Of a DNA stretch of 64,000 bases, positions 1 to 7,715 are shown piece by piece. Below the pieces are notes generated by a model. That model was not told the DNA's origin. It made no database searches and was given only the letters and a program-made list of their open reading frames with translations. Origin of the DNA: a virus; the IMG/VR virus record IMGVR_UViG_3300037245_003639. One strand, given 5' to 3'. The position numbers and the translations under genes are program-made. The number at the start of each line of letters is the position of its first letter. Positions within the stretch are counted from its first letter, which is position 1.

Positions 1-329
1 ATCGGCATACAGAAATATTCGACGCAACAAAGCGGGTCTGTCACTCTATGCGCATCATGTCCAAACAGGGCCTCTTTGTACTTCGCAATGGTCGAACACA
101 GTACACCTGTATCCTGAATACATTCACATGCAGTCTTGAATCTATCCTCTATTTCGCAATAGGATGACCAGCAGTTGGTGCATACACATCCGACATCCAC
201 GTTTTCACCACATGGTTCTGTTCCATCCAGTTCAACGCATCGATATGGTTTGATGGGATCATCTGCCTGGATGAGTGCAACTGCCAGCAGAACAACAGAC
301 AATCCGATGAAAATCTTTCCAAACTTCAT
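1..329 (-). CDS. Partial CDS whose 3' end runs off the left edge of the window. Secreted Cys-rich protein, N-terminus MKFGKIFIGLSVVLLAVALIQA.
   Basis: ATG at 327-329 on the minus strand is preceded by AGAGGAG and a 5-nt spacer. The reading frame stays open for about 109 codons to position 1. The N-terminus is a signal-peptide-like hydrophobic stretch followed by many Cys. It is absent from the ORF track because there is no stop codon inside the window. Confidence 0.55.
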   Translation of the reverse strand, partial: MKFGKIFIGLSVVLLAVALIQADDPIKPYRCVELDGTEPCGENVDVGCVCTNCWSSYCEIEDRFKTACECIQDTGVLCSTIAKYKEALFGHDAHRVTDPLCCVEYFCMP

Positions 330-343
330 GTTTACTCCTCTAA

Positions 344-1663
344 TTAAATCGGTCCCCGTTTCTTCTGTTCACGCGTCAGAATGCTATCCAGTCTCGGCTT
401 GAGATAATTCTCGAAGATGTCGTCAATCGGCTTCCTGAGATTGTCCCGCCTTTCAAGTAACTGTGGGTTCTTTGCATCACTCGCTATCTGGGTATCAAGC
501 CGGACAATATCATCTGCTTTTTTCCGCAGATAATTTTGCGCTTGTTCTTTACAGCGACCGTGAACCTGCCATGCTTTCTGTTGTTGCTCATCGTCTAGTC
601 GGTAATGTCGGATAAAATTCGCAACGTATTTTTCCCACTCACTTAACGTCAACTTTTTCTTGACCGGTTCCATGCGGACGAGATGTTCCGTTCCGTGTTT
701 CCATGCATATTCAATAGATGGTCCCGGTTTCTTTATGCCCGATTTGACGGCAGCACTCCATTCCTCGGCTGTCACAATCTCCTGTCCGTCCCATATATGT
801 TCCCCGGTTGGAACGAAAATTATGGTGCCAGCTTCTATCCCAATATCGTTAGGTTTGATCTGTTTAAGTGTGGCATCATCGAATGTGGCGCTCTCAACTT
901 CGATGACCTTTTGGAGTTCACCACTTACGTAAAAAGAACACATTTTGGGAAACCATGTGCCGTTTGGACTTTGAGAAAGCTTGCTTATGACAGAAACTTC
1001 GTTGTCTTCGCCATATTCTATAGCGACCTTTTCTGGATTCCAACCCTTGTTTGGGTTGATATGCCACACCCAGGTCGGTCCTTCATCCTGCACAGCCCGA
1101 AGAACGTGAACACCGTCCTCATTGATTTCCTCTGTTATCTCCGTACCGATGAGACCGAATACGTCGTCAGTTCCCATGAACCGGTTTGATGGAAACTGAG
1201 TTATTAATCCTAACGAGCGAATATCATAAAAGCGACCAATGCGTAGCCGCCATTCTTCTACGTTTTGATCTTTCCAATGCTTGGCCACAAGCATGCCTTT
1301 GAGATGTGACCATACTTCGCCATTTTGCCTGATAAGACCGCCTCTTGTGGATGTGATCTGAGGAACGCCATCCTCATCGTACTGGAATACGCCTGACAAA
1401 TCCCCTCGATCGGTGTACGACATGTCACCATTCAACGCGTAGCGCGAACGATGCAGCCGCTCAACGGTCTCAGAAGTGCCTGCCCAGTTATTTCTTCGAT
1501 CCGTGGGATCTTTGTTGAATTCGATGGATTTCCAACGAATATCCGCTCCGGCGAGACTCTTGCGACTCTCCTCCGCCATCTGCAACGCCATAGGCATATC
1601 TCCGTGGGTCAAAGACGCACCAGAGATAATGATAATCAGCCCAACTAAAAACTTCCCAAGCAT
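344..1663 (-). CDS. Secreted or periplasmic protein of unknown function with an N-terminal signal peptide (439 aa)
   Basis: The ORF is 439 aa and starts MLGKFLVGLIIIISGASLTHG, a signal-peptide-like stretch. The RBS GAGGAG lies 8 nt upstream of the ATG. I recognise no catalytic motif. Confidence 0.6.
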   Translation of the reverse strand: MLGKFLVGLIIIISGASLTHGDMPMALQMAEESRKSLAGADIRWKSIEFNKDPTDRRNNWAGTSETVERLHRSRYALNGDMSYTDRGDLSGVFQYDEDGVPQITSTRGGLIRQNGEVWSHLKGMLVAKHWKDQNVEEWRLRIGRFYDIRSLGLITQFPSNRFMGTDDVFGLIGTEITEEINEDGVHVLRAVQDEGPTWVWHINPNKGWNPEKVAIEYGEDNEVSVISKLSQSPNGTWFPKMCSFYVSGELQKVIEVESATFDDATLKQIKPNDIGIEAGTIIFVPTGEHIWDGQEIVTAEEWSAAVKSGIKKPGPSIEYAWKHGTEHLVRMEPVKKKLTLSEWEKYVANFIRHYRLDDEQQQKAWQVHGRCKEQAQNYLRKKADDIVRLDTQIASDAKNPQLLERRDNLRKPIDDIFENYLKPRLDSILTREQKKRGPI

Positions 1664-1679
1664 TTCAAGTTCTCCTCTT

Positions 1680-2627
1680 CTAATGAACCATCACGCTGCC
1701 GCGTCTACCTTGAGAATCAGTTATTGATATTTTGACCGCTGACGCTATCTCCGTCTGTTTCGTAAGTAATAGCCCATCCTCAACGACCTTGGCTAGAACA
1801 GCGTCATCAGAATCAACAGTAACGATATCGACTGTTTCACCTTCAGTATCGAAAAATTGAACAGTATTCTGTGATCCTACAGGAAGGACCATGCGTGATG
1901 GAATTGCACGCAGTTCTTGAGAACCGACAGCTTTTACGAGAAGGACTTGTTTCGATACATTGTCGTCCGACGTGGTTATTCGCAAAGTCCCAACGTTGAT
2001 GCCAGGAGAAAGCCGATCCTTATCGATTTTCACAACAACGGCTGTTTGGCGCAGATCACCGTCATGCCTTTCTTCTTCGACGTATTCTGCAATCAACCAT
2101 GCCGAGTTGGTTTGAGGTTCACCGACCAAGAAAAGCGATTCACCTTCGAATATAACTGAATCGGAATATTCCGCATCGTCATTGAGCGGGATCTGACCAA
2201 AATCCATAACGCGTTTAGTCAAGGTATACGTGGGGACAACCGTAACGGTCATCTTACCTTCATGCTCCTGACCATCATCGGTTGTGATTTTAAGTCTCTT
2301 GACTGAACGTCCAGGAACTACCCCCACAGCGAAATTCAAATCTAATTCGATATATTCGCCGGGTCGTATCTCAGAACCCATGTATTTCTTGGCATTCATC
2401 CGGGTGCAGCCACAATCCTTGCCGATGCCGCTGATGGTAACTAGATGATCGGTGTTGTTGACGAACTTCCATGGAAAATTAACTTCGGATTTCCATGTTC
2501 GCTCTCCCAAATCAGTTATTGGGGGATCAAATCCAATAACTACACCGTTTTTTTGTGGTTCAGGATTCCACCAATAAAACCCCACAACGACCACAAGAAC
2601 AATAACAACAGAAATTAGTTTTGACAT
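1680..2627 (-). CDS. Membrane-anchored protein with two DUF1573-like repeats (DCGCT motif), about 315 aa
   Basis: The true start is the ATG at 2625-2627 (MSKLISVVIVLVVVVGFYWW), preceded by AAGGAGAGG and a 4-nt spacer. The extra N-terminus in the ORF track (MACHLPVTCLSPACHLPACHL) is a translation of the upstream tandem repeat. The sequences ISGIGKDCGCTRMN and MDFGQIPL resemble DUF1573 (FDFG..., SCGCT). One N-terminal TM helix is present. Confidence 0.65.
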   Translation of the reverse strand: MSKLISVVIVLVVVVGFYWWNPEPQKNGVVIGFDPPITDLGERTWKSEVNFPWKFVNNTDHLVTISGIGKDCGCTRMNAKKYMGSEIRPGEYIELDLNFAVGVVPGRSVKRLKITTDDGQEHEGKMTVTVVPTYTLTKRVMDFGQIPLNDDAEYSDSVIFEGESLFLVGEPQTNSAWLIAEYVEEERHDGDLRQTAVVVKIDKDRLSPGINVGTLRITTSDDNVSKQVLLVKAVGSQELRAIPSRMVLPVGSQNTVQFFDTEGETVDIVTVDSDDAVLAKVVEDGLLLTKQTEIASAVKISITDSQGRRGSVMVH

Positions 2628-2683
2628 GTAACCTCTCCTTTGACGAACCTGACATTCATCGTTTGTATATAAAGAGATGTGAA

Positions 2684-2720
2684 AAGTCAAATAAAAAGTC
2701 AAATAAAAATCAAATAAATG
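2684..2720 (-). repeat. Three tandem AT-rich 12-bp repeats, (A)GTCAAATAAAA. On the minus strand they read TTTTATTTGACT, each carrying a -35 like TTGAC.
   Basis: Direct repeats at 2684-2696, 2697-2708 and 2709-2720, about 60-95 nt upstream of the DUF1573 gene start. A TATATACA box follows downstream on the minus strand. Confidence 0.5.
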
Positions 2721-2775
2721 ACAGGCAGGCAGGTGACAGGCAGGTGACAGGCAGGTGACAGGCAGGTGACAGGCC
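2720..2775. repeat. About 4.5 copies of a tandem 11-bp GC-rich repeat, GACAGGCAGGT. An iteron or operator-like array.
   Basis: A perfect tandem array is visible. It is intergenic, upstream of gene 1680..2627. Confidence 0.7.
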
Positions 2776-2787
2776 AAAAGCGAGCCT

Positions 2788-2820
2788 CCTAAAAGGTGTC
2801 GGGCCTCACATTACCCCGAC
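2788..2820 (-). terminator. Possible intrinsic terminator: hairpin GTCGGG-N11-CCCGAC followed by a U-rich tract on the minus strand
   Basis: The inverted repeat is at 2798-2820. An A-run at 2788-2796 on the plus strand gives the U tract on the minus strand. It lies about 150 nt downstream of the gene 2974..3729 stop. Confidence 0.3.
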
Positions 2821-2973
2821 TGGGAGCGTTATAGCTATGGCTTAACTCGCTGCCCTCACGGCCTTATCCGTAAGCGTAGTCGCATTTGGTAGCGTGCATC
2901 ACGCTCGACTTGCCCATCACGACTCCAGAACAAGTCAACCCTTGGGTATGATGCAAATGTCATTTTTATCCCA

Positions 2974-3729
2974 TTACAAAGATAGGGCGTGAATAACACC
3001 AGTGCCAAACAGTCGTCTCTCCCAGCGCATTGCAGGCGTAATATGCTGGCATTGCCAATCCGCACAATCCATATCCTCATCAAAAACCGCTATTGTGTTC
3101 AAAATACAGTCCAATTCACCATGGCCATCACCCAATTCGATGGTTTGACTGCCGCTGGTCTTAGCTTTAACCCTTACTTTCGCGACCGTTACTGGACATG
3201 GCGGACTACCACTGCTACAGGTATTCTCGCACCAAACACACTCAACTACTCCATGTTCCTTATCGAACCTAATCACCATAAACGCGTAATACCCAGTAGT
3301 GTTATCCAAATACCAATTGGTGAAATTTAAATCGTCAAGGACGATCGTCGGCGGCCCGTCTTCAACCTCGAACAAATCTGGATCAAAATCCAAAACCGCC
3401 TGAACACCGTAACTTGCCTCGTTATCCGAATCGCCGTCATCACTCTCCCAGGCAACCGCTAACTCCACCCAAAACCACTGACCCACAGCAACCGATGAAG
3501 GAGCGGAAAGGGACAAGTAACTGCACGCATTTGTCTCGCATTCGTCTTCACAAGGAGCCCCACCATCCATCGCCGGCGTGCCCGTGCCTCCCCCATAGTT
3601 CAGGATATCGTAATATGGAAATTCCAAAACCATCGCAGCTTGCGCCTCAGGCGCGGGTGAATTAAATACGAACCATCCTCCTACAATAAGCAGGAATACA
3701 ATACAACCTAACATCTTTTTACTTCTCAT
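2974..3729 (-). CDS. Secreted Cys-rich protein of unknown function (251 aa)
   Basis: The N-terminus is signal-peptide-like: MRSKKMLGCIVFLLIVGGWFVFNSPAPEAQAA. The RBS AAAGGAGAAAGA precedes the ATG. There are many Cys and Asp residues. Confidence 0.6.
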   Translation of the reverse strand: MRSKKMLGCIVFLLIVGGWFVFNSPAPEAQAAMVLEFPYYDILNYGGGTGTPAMDGGAPCEDECETNACSYLSLSAPSSVAVGQWFWVELAVAWESDDGDSDNEASYGVQAVLDFDPDLFEVEDGPPTIVLDDLNFTNWYLDNTTGYYAFMVIRFDKEHGVVECVWCENTCSSGSPPCPVTVAKVRVKAKTSGSQTIELGDGHGELDCILNTIAVFDEDMDCADWQCQHITPAMRWERRLFGTGVIHALSL

Positions 3730-3755
3730 TCTTTCTCCTTTCAGAAAGAGTTAAA

Positions 3756-3768
3756 GGGCATAATGCCC
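3756..3768. promoter_or_regulatory. Perfect palindrome GGGCAT-A-ATGCCC between the -10 box and the RBS of gene 2974..3729. Candidate operator.
   Basis: A 6-bp inverted repeat with a 1-nt spacer sits in the 5' leader. Confidence 0.35.
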
Positions 3769-3775
3769 ATCTAAG

Positions 3776-3795
3776 CATTCATTATACACGCAGAA
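3776..3795 (-). promoter_or_regulatory. Sigma70-like -10 region, GCGTGTATAATGAA, first copy of the recurring (G/T)TGTATAATG motif
   Basis: TATAAT with an adjacent TG lies about 55 nt upstream of the ATG of gene 2974..3729. The same box recurs at 7319, 10529, 11967 and 53478. Confidence 0.5.
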
Positions 3796-3841
3796 AAGGA
3801 CGGACTCCGGAGAACCGGTGGTTGTATATACATGCCGCTTG

Positions 3842-4093
3842 TCATTTTTTATCCCAATTTATCTCTTTAGGCGTCCCATCTCCATAAAGAAAATACCGAG
3901 GCGGATGATCGCAGACATCATCGCACATGCAAGATGCTGTGCGAGCTACATGCCGCTTGTCATCATCACACCACCACGACGTGCATCCGTCATACTTCCA
4001 CTTGCCACCGAGGCGCTTTTCAAGATATTTGGTTTTGTTCTTGCAGTGGAAGTTTAAGTCCAGCTTTTTCACGTTGGTCCATCCATTTCTCAT
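3842..4093 (-). CDS. Small Cys-rich protein (83 aa)
   Basis: The ORF has about 9 Cys. It overlaps the 3' end of the HNH gene. Confidence 0.4.
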   Translation of the reverse strand: MRNGWTNVKKLDLNFHCKNKTKYLEKRLGGKWKYDGCTSWWCDDDKRHVARTASCMCDDVCDHPPRYFLYGDGTPKEINWDKK

Positions 4094-4403
4094 GTCGAGC
4101 TTTTACATCCCCATGCTTCTCCACAATCACAGAACATTCATATGCAAAATCCATAATGTTGTTAGTGGCTTTATGCCCCTTGATGCAATGATGAACGTTG
4201 AATTGGCTCTCATTCTCAATCAAATTGACTCGACTACAGGAATAGCACTCAAAACTGTCGCAACCCCATCGGTGATGGGGAAGAGAATTGTAACTTCCAC
4301 ATTGACACTGATACACCCACGTAAAATGTGTTCCGAAGTTATTATTCATACCCGCTAAGGGGACTATATCTCGTTTCTTTCGTTTAGTCAGGTCAACGAT
4401 CAT
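4020..4403 (-). CDS. HNH endonuclease (small, 127 aa)
   Basis: A Cys pair (CQCG ... CYSC) flanks the sequence VHHCIKGHKATNN, which fits the HNH H-N-H pattern. Confidence 0.55.
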   Translation of the reverse strand: MIVDLTKRKKRDIVPLAGMNNNFGTHFTWVYQCQCGSYNSLPHHRWGCDSFECYSCSRVNLIENESQFNVHHCIKGHKATNNIMDFAYECSVIVEKHGDVKARHEKWMDQREKAGLKLPLQEQNQIS

Positions 4404-4420
4404 TCTAATCTTTCTCAGGG

Positions 4421-4705
4421 TTATATATAACGGTCATCTGGAGGCTCAGCCCGAGAACCTGCTTCAGACCGCAATTTTCGCAGTTTGTTATACTCCACAT
4501 CAAATTCACGAAATAGGTCACGTAACGTTTGGAAGATATCATACGAAACACCACCAGCGTCACTAAATCGCACTGATTCCCGTAAAATATTTTTCATGCA
4601 TTTCTTTTCACATTCCTCAAGCATCATGTCTATCGCATCAGTCTCATGCTCATAAAGTTGACCATCAGGCGTCTTAAACGCGGTTATCTCTGTGGTGCAT
4701 CTCAT
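4421..4705 (-). CDS. Hypothetical protein. Corrected start at MRCTTEITAF.
   Basis: The ATG at 4703-4705 is preceded by TTTGGAGAAG. The ORF-track start at 4810 would overlap the upstream gene by 92 nt. Confidence 0.5.
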   Translation of the reverse strand: MRCTTEITAFKTPDGQLYEHETDAIDMMLEECEKKCMKNILRESVRFSDAGGVSYDIFQTLRDLFREFDVEYNKLRKLRSEAGSRAEPPDDRYI

Positions 4706-4718
4706 CGTCTTCTCCAAA

Positions 4719-4931
4719 TTAGGATTCAACATCCGGATTAAAAGGTGGAGGCCAATTCTTTTGAGTTTCTCTAATCCGTTCATAAAGAAAATCGCTTGCT
4801 TGCTCATCAAGAACTCGTTGCACTCGCAGAGCCACCGCTTTCCATTTCACAGGGCCAACTTGATCCAACAAACCAACAATATCATCTGCCGCTTGCTCTG
4901 CTTCAGGACTTATCTTTGTCGAATCTTGCAC
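4719..4931 (-). CDS. Hypothetical protein (70 aa, GTG start)
   Basis: GGAGATTGCA precedes the GTG at 4929-4931. Confidence 0.4.
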   Translation of the reverse strand: MQDSTKISPEAEQAADDIVGLLDQVGPVKWKAVALRVQRVLDEQASDFLYERIRETQKNWPPPFNPDVES

Positions 4932-5137
4932 TGCAATCTCCTAATTCCCGCCAACCGGCGAAATGGTTCCACCATTGCTTGAGAAAGAGCAACGCGACCT
5001 TCGTCGGTGTTCAATGTTTGTGCGATGATGTGATTCAAATCTACAGTACCACATTTTGGACAATAATTGAATTGTCTTTGGTCACCATGCTTGCATTTAC
5101 GACATCGCTGGAGATTATCCAGTTCCATTTTCGGCAT
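4910..5137 (-). CDS. Small protein with an N-terminal zinc ribbon. Its C-terminal half copies the capsid N-terminus.
   Basis: The N-terminus is CRKCKHG...CPKCG. The C-terminal half, IIAQTLNTDEGRVALSQAMVEP, matches residues 14-36 of the 289-aa capsid candidate. The DNA at 4981-5030 is about 48/49 identical to 15246-15296. Confidence 0.5.
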   Translation of the reverse strand: MPKMELDNLQRCRKCKHGDQRQFNYCPKCGTVDLNHIIAQTLNTDEGRVALSQAMVEPFRRLAGIRRLQCKIRQR

Positions 5138-5309
5138 CTTTAGTTTTTACTGTAGTTTGACAATCATCACAGATAAAAGAATCATCATCTTCATTTATGT
5201 ATTCATTGAGAACATTGTCACCACATTTATCACAAATAGAATGAGAAGTGCAATAAGTACAAGGCGGATTAATGTGACACGAACAACCTTCTGCTTCTTC
5301 AAATGCCAT
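5115..5309 (-). CDS. Cys-rich zinc-finger protein (64 aa)
   Basis: Motifs CSCH..CTYC...CDKCG...CDDC are present. The RBS is AAGGA. Confidence 0.5.
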   Translation of the reverse strand: MAFEEAEGCSCHINPPCTYCTSHSICDKCGDNVLNEYINEDDDSFICDDCQTTVKTKDAENGTG

Positions 5310-5314
5310 CTTAT

Positions 5315-5536
5315 TTAGTCCTTGGATCCAAACTTTACCGTCTTGGGATGTGAATATTGAGTGCCATGAACATGGATATGCTTATAACCCAATTCAAGAC
5401 CAACCACCTCTCCTTCATCATCATAGACAGGCTTGTGATCTTGTTTCAAATCAATATCACATGCATCCGCCATAAACTCGTGAGTGAGCCCTTTTCCGTC
5501 TTTATCAAAAAACTCAACAGTTATTTTTGCTTTCAT
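5315..5536 (-). CDS. Hypothetical protein. Corrected start at MKAKITVEF.
   Basis: AAAGGAGAAGTT precedes the ATG at 5534-5536. Confidence 0.5.
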   Translation of the reverse strand: MKAKITVEFFDKDGKGLTHEFMADACDIDLKQDHKPVYDDEGEVVGLELGYKHIHVHGTQYSHPKTVKFGSKD

Positions 5537-5546
5537 AACTTCTCCT

Positions 5547-5933
5547 TTATTCAGCAATTAAGCATGACTTGCAATACCACTGTTTGTTTATCCGTCGCCA
5601 TCCCGTCTTTTCGATGTCCATGACCGATACTCCCTCTTCAATACACTCAAACGAACCGTATTCATCAACTTGAAACACTGAGCATGCCTCATAAACACCA
5701 CAAGAACATTCAAATATGAGTTTCTCTGTACCAGGAATTGTGCTCATTCCAAATCTCTCAGAGAAAAATGTTAGAGCCCTTGTGAGCAAATGCTCTTTTG
5801 CCATTCGCAGATGCAATTCACATGCGTCCTCACAATGCTTGCTGGCAGGTTCGTCGCAGTATCGACATTTACCCATGGTTGTTCCTGTCATTACGAAACC
5901 AATATTAGTCATCTTCTTCTTTGAACTCATCAA
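5547..5933 (-). CDS. Cys-rich protein with CxxC motifs (about 120-128 aa)
   Basis: The sequence contains CRYCDEPASKHCEDAC ... CSCG ... CKSC. The start is ambiguous: 5933 or the ATG at 5912. Confidence 0.5.
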   Translation of the reverse strand: MMSSKKKMTNIGFVMTGTTMGKCRYCDEPASKHCEDACELHLRMAKEHLLTRALTFFSERFGMSTIPGTEKLIFECSCGVYEACSVFQVDEYGSFECIEEGVSVMDIEKTGWRRINKQWYCKSCLIAE

Positions 5934-6246
5934 CTAAACCCTCCAGCATCTCGTCATCCACATCTTTGTAGAACAACCTCAAACGCAAACTGCCATCCCA
6001 ATAAGGATAAAGTTGAACTCCATCATGCTCCCCAAAACCATAATCATAAACGTAAACATATTCCCATTGAGAAATGTGCAAAACCAACTCCTCAAAGGAC
6101 GAACATCCATCGAAGGAATAATCAAAAGACAACTCCAGGTCCAAATTCGAATCAGATGAATGATCTGCAATGACCCAGAGACAGTCTTTGCTGAGGTTGT
6201 CAATAAACTCTACGATACGCTTAAGCAAATCTTTACGAGAACTCAT
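5905..6246 (-). CDS. Hypothetical acidic protein (113 aa)
   Basis: The ORF is preceded by the GCTGCGGAGAAT motif. Confidence 0.45.
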   Translation of the reverse strand: MSSRKDLLKRIVEFIDNLSKDCLWVIADHSSDSNLDLELSFDYSFDGCSSFEELVLHISQWEYVYVYDYGFGEHDGVQLYPYWDGSLRLRLFYKDVDDEMLEGLVDEFKEEDD

Positions 6247-6275
6247 ATCACTCTATTCTCCGCAGCATCTTGGCC
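6247..6275 (-). promoter_or_regulatory. Conserved leader, GATGCTGCGGAGAAT-N-ATG, copy 1 of 2
   Basis: The plus-strand sequence attctccgcagcatc recurs at 6983-7010. Confidence 0.35.
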
Positions 6276-6283
6276 CACTCCAA

Positions 6284-6568
6284 TCAGTCATCGATGGTTT
6301 CAAAGAAGCCTTTGTATAGGATGAAACTGAGTGTTTCTTCGTCGGGATCTTCGTCGAAGACCTCATTCCAAACCTGTCCGATTTTGTCGATCAGGTCTGT
6401 ATTGTTCACAATCTCTTTGGTCGTATCCCCCTTATGAGCACAACAAATGACCCTGTACATCAATTTGGACATTGCCAAGCGAAAATTATCTTTGTTGACT
6501 TTGAACTCCAAAGTGGGCGGATAAAGAGACCGACATATTTGTTCAATATCGATACTTTGATCAGTCAT
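6284..6568 (-). CDS. Hypothetical protein (94 aa)
   Basis: The RBS is AATAGGAGTTGAA-ATG. Confidence 0.45.
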   Translation of the reverse strand: MTDQSIDIEQICRSLYPPTLEFKVNKDNFRLAMSKLMYRVICCAHKGDTTKEIVNNTDLIDKIGQVWNEVFDEDPDEETLSFILYKGFFETIDD

Positions 6569-6586
6569 TTCAACTCCTATTTCATA

Positions 6587-6982
6587 TTAGACAGGTTTCA
6601 CTTGGTCCTCTCGACCGTGCTGATCAATATTTTCAATTAGCACAATAGCGTAATCATAAGCTATTGTCGGAGTCCAGGCATGAACCTCGTAAGAGCCATT
6701 GTTCGTCTCAACTACAACTTTCCACCTAATGGATGAATACCCATCGTCATAAAATGGCTCTTCATGAATATCCTGAACTGTAACACCAAATTTTGCGTGG
6801 TACTTACGCAAGGTATCCTTTGCACTTTCAATGGACTTGTGTAAAAGTTCGCTGAAGTCTCCACCATTGCCAATCTGTGCAATTCTCCAATCAGAAGCTA
6901 CAAGACCAACATCTATATGTAGACCGGAACCTGTTGAGTCAAAGATAGTGTCAATTATCATGTCATTCTCCGCAGCATCCAC
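6587..6982 (-). CDS. Hypothetical protein (131 aa)
   Basis: The ORF is preceded by copy 2 of the GCTGCGGAGAAT motif. Confidence 0.45.
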   Translation of the reverse strand: MDAAENDMIIDTIFDSTGSGLHIDVGLVASDWRIAQIGNGGDFSELLHKSIESAKDTLRKYHAKFGVTVQDIHEEPFYDDGYSSIRWKVVVETNNGSYEVHAWTPTIAYDYAIVLIENIDQHGREDQVKPV

Positions 6983-7301
6983 TTGAGATCAGTGTGTCAC
7001 TAAGAACCTTGACCGCTTCATCCCAATCATCTAAGAGTATTTGCAGCGATTGAATATGAAGTCTAACAGGGTGGAATTTAGCCAAAGTCTTTTGCCCATC
7101 TTCGTCCATTCGCTGCAAGATGGGGATAGTTTGTTCTATCTCAGCTTTCGTGACATAGTGGCTCATACCGAGGCCGGGTTTAATGCACATTGCGATATTA
7201 GAGTTATTTAGATTGAGGTTATTCATGGTTGCTATCTGTTGACCATTTTCATCGAAAAACTCCACTGTTTTGTACGTCTGAGACTGAACTTGAATAGACA
7301 T
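6963..7301 (-). CDS. Hypothetical protein (112 aa)
   Basis: TGTATAAT and AAGGAGA lie upstream of the ATG. Confidence 0.45.
   Translation of the reverse strand: MSIQVQSQTYKTVEFFDENGQQIATMNNLNLNNSNIAMCIKPGLGMSHYVTKAEIEQTIPILQRMDEDGQKTLAKFHPVRLHIQSLQILLDDWDEAVKVLSDTLISSGCCGE
6983..7010 (-). promoter_or_regulatory. Conserved leader, GATGCTGCGGAGAAT-N-ATG, copy 2
   Basis: Same 15-nt core as at 6247-6275. Confidence 0.35.
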
Positions 7302-7318
7302 AATTGTCTCCTTACCTC

Positions 7319-7348
7319 AATTATACACTGGGCTTAGCTCCAGGCCCA
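7319..7348 (-). promoter_or_regulatory. Sigma70-like -10 box, CAGTGTATAATTGAGG, with an upstream imperfect hairpin. A degenerate copy of the 65-bp repeat.
   Basis: Compare with the repeats at 10529 and 11967. Confidence 0.4.
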
Positions 7349-7371
7349 CGTCAGCGGGATATGATCGAGAA

Positions 7372-7680
7372 TCACGCCTCAGCCCCACCAAATCCTCGAC
7401 AATAGAACTCTTTGTTACAGTGAGGACAGGTTATATCCTGCGGATGATCATCTGTCGGCTCTTTGCTGCAAAAAGGAAGGTTCTCCAGCCGATCATATTC
7501 AGCCTCTTCTGCGGCCTGGGCTTTCTCCCCTTCGGTCAGCTCCATAGGAAAACCATGGGCCAGCCGCAATGCCTTGTCAAAATCATATCCGGCTTCTTCA
7601 ACAAATCTTTTGCACTCTAATATAGGCAGAGCTGTCGCCTTACGCAATCTTACAATGACCGTATTTGGCAAAGAAAACAT
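7372..7680 (-). CDS. Hypothetical protein with a C-terminal CxxC motif. Corrected start at MFSLPNTVIV.
   Basis: The ATG at 7678-7680 is preceded by the conserved GGAGATTGAAG motif. Confidence 0.5.
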   Translation of the reverse strand: MFSLPNTVIVRLRKATALPILECKRFVEEAGYDFDKALRLAHGFPMELTEGEKAQAAEEAEYDRLENLPFCSKEPTDDHPQDITCPHCNKEFYCRGFGGAEA

Positions 7681-7715
7681 CTTCAATCTCCAGATACTTC
7701 GCGCTTTGCTAATTC
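7681..7715 (-). promoter_or_regulatory. Conserved promoter-like element a: GCGAAGTATCTGGAGATTGAAG-ATG
   Basis: One of eight copies of the 35-nt consensus. Confidence 0.5.

Noticed and set aside
175-402. Plus-strand 75-aa ORF at the left end
   Set aside because: It overlaps a minus-strand gene start with a good RBS and the partial minus-strand gene <1..329. It has no RBS.
2720-2775. Tandem GACAGGCAGGT repeats as a CRISPR array
   Set aside because: The unit is only 11 bp with no intervening spacers. It is a simple tandem repeat or iteron.
1680-2777. N-terminal 50 residues of the ORF-track protein (MACHLPVTCLSPACHLPACHL...)
   Set aside because: This is a translation of the tandem repeat. A strong RBS (AAGGAGAGG) and the ATG at 2627 define the real start.
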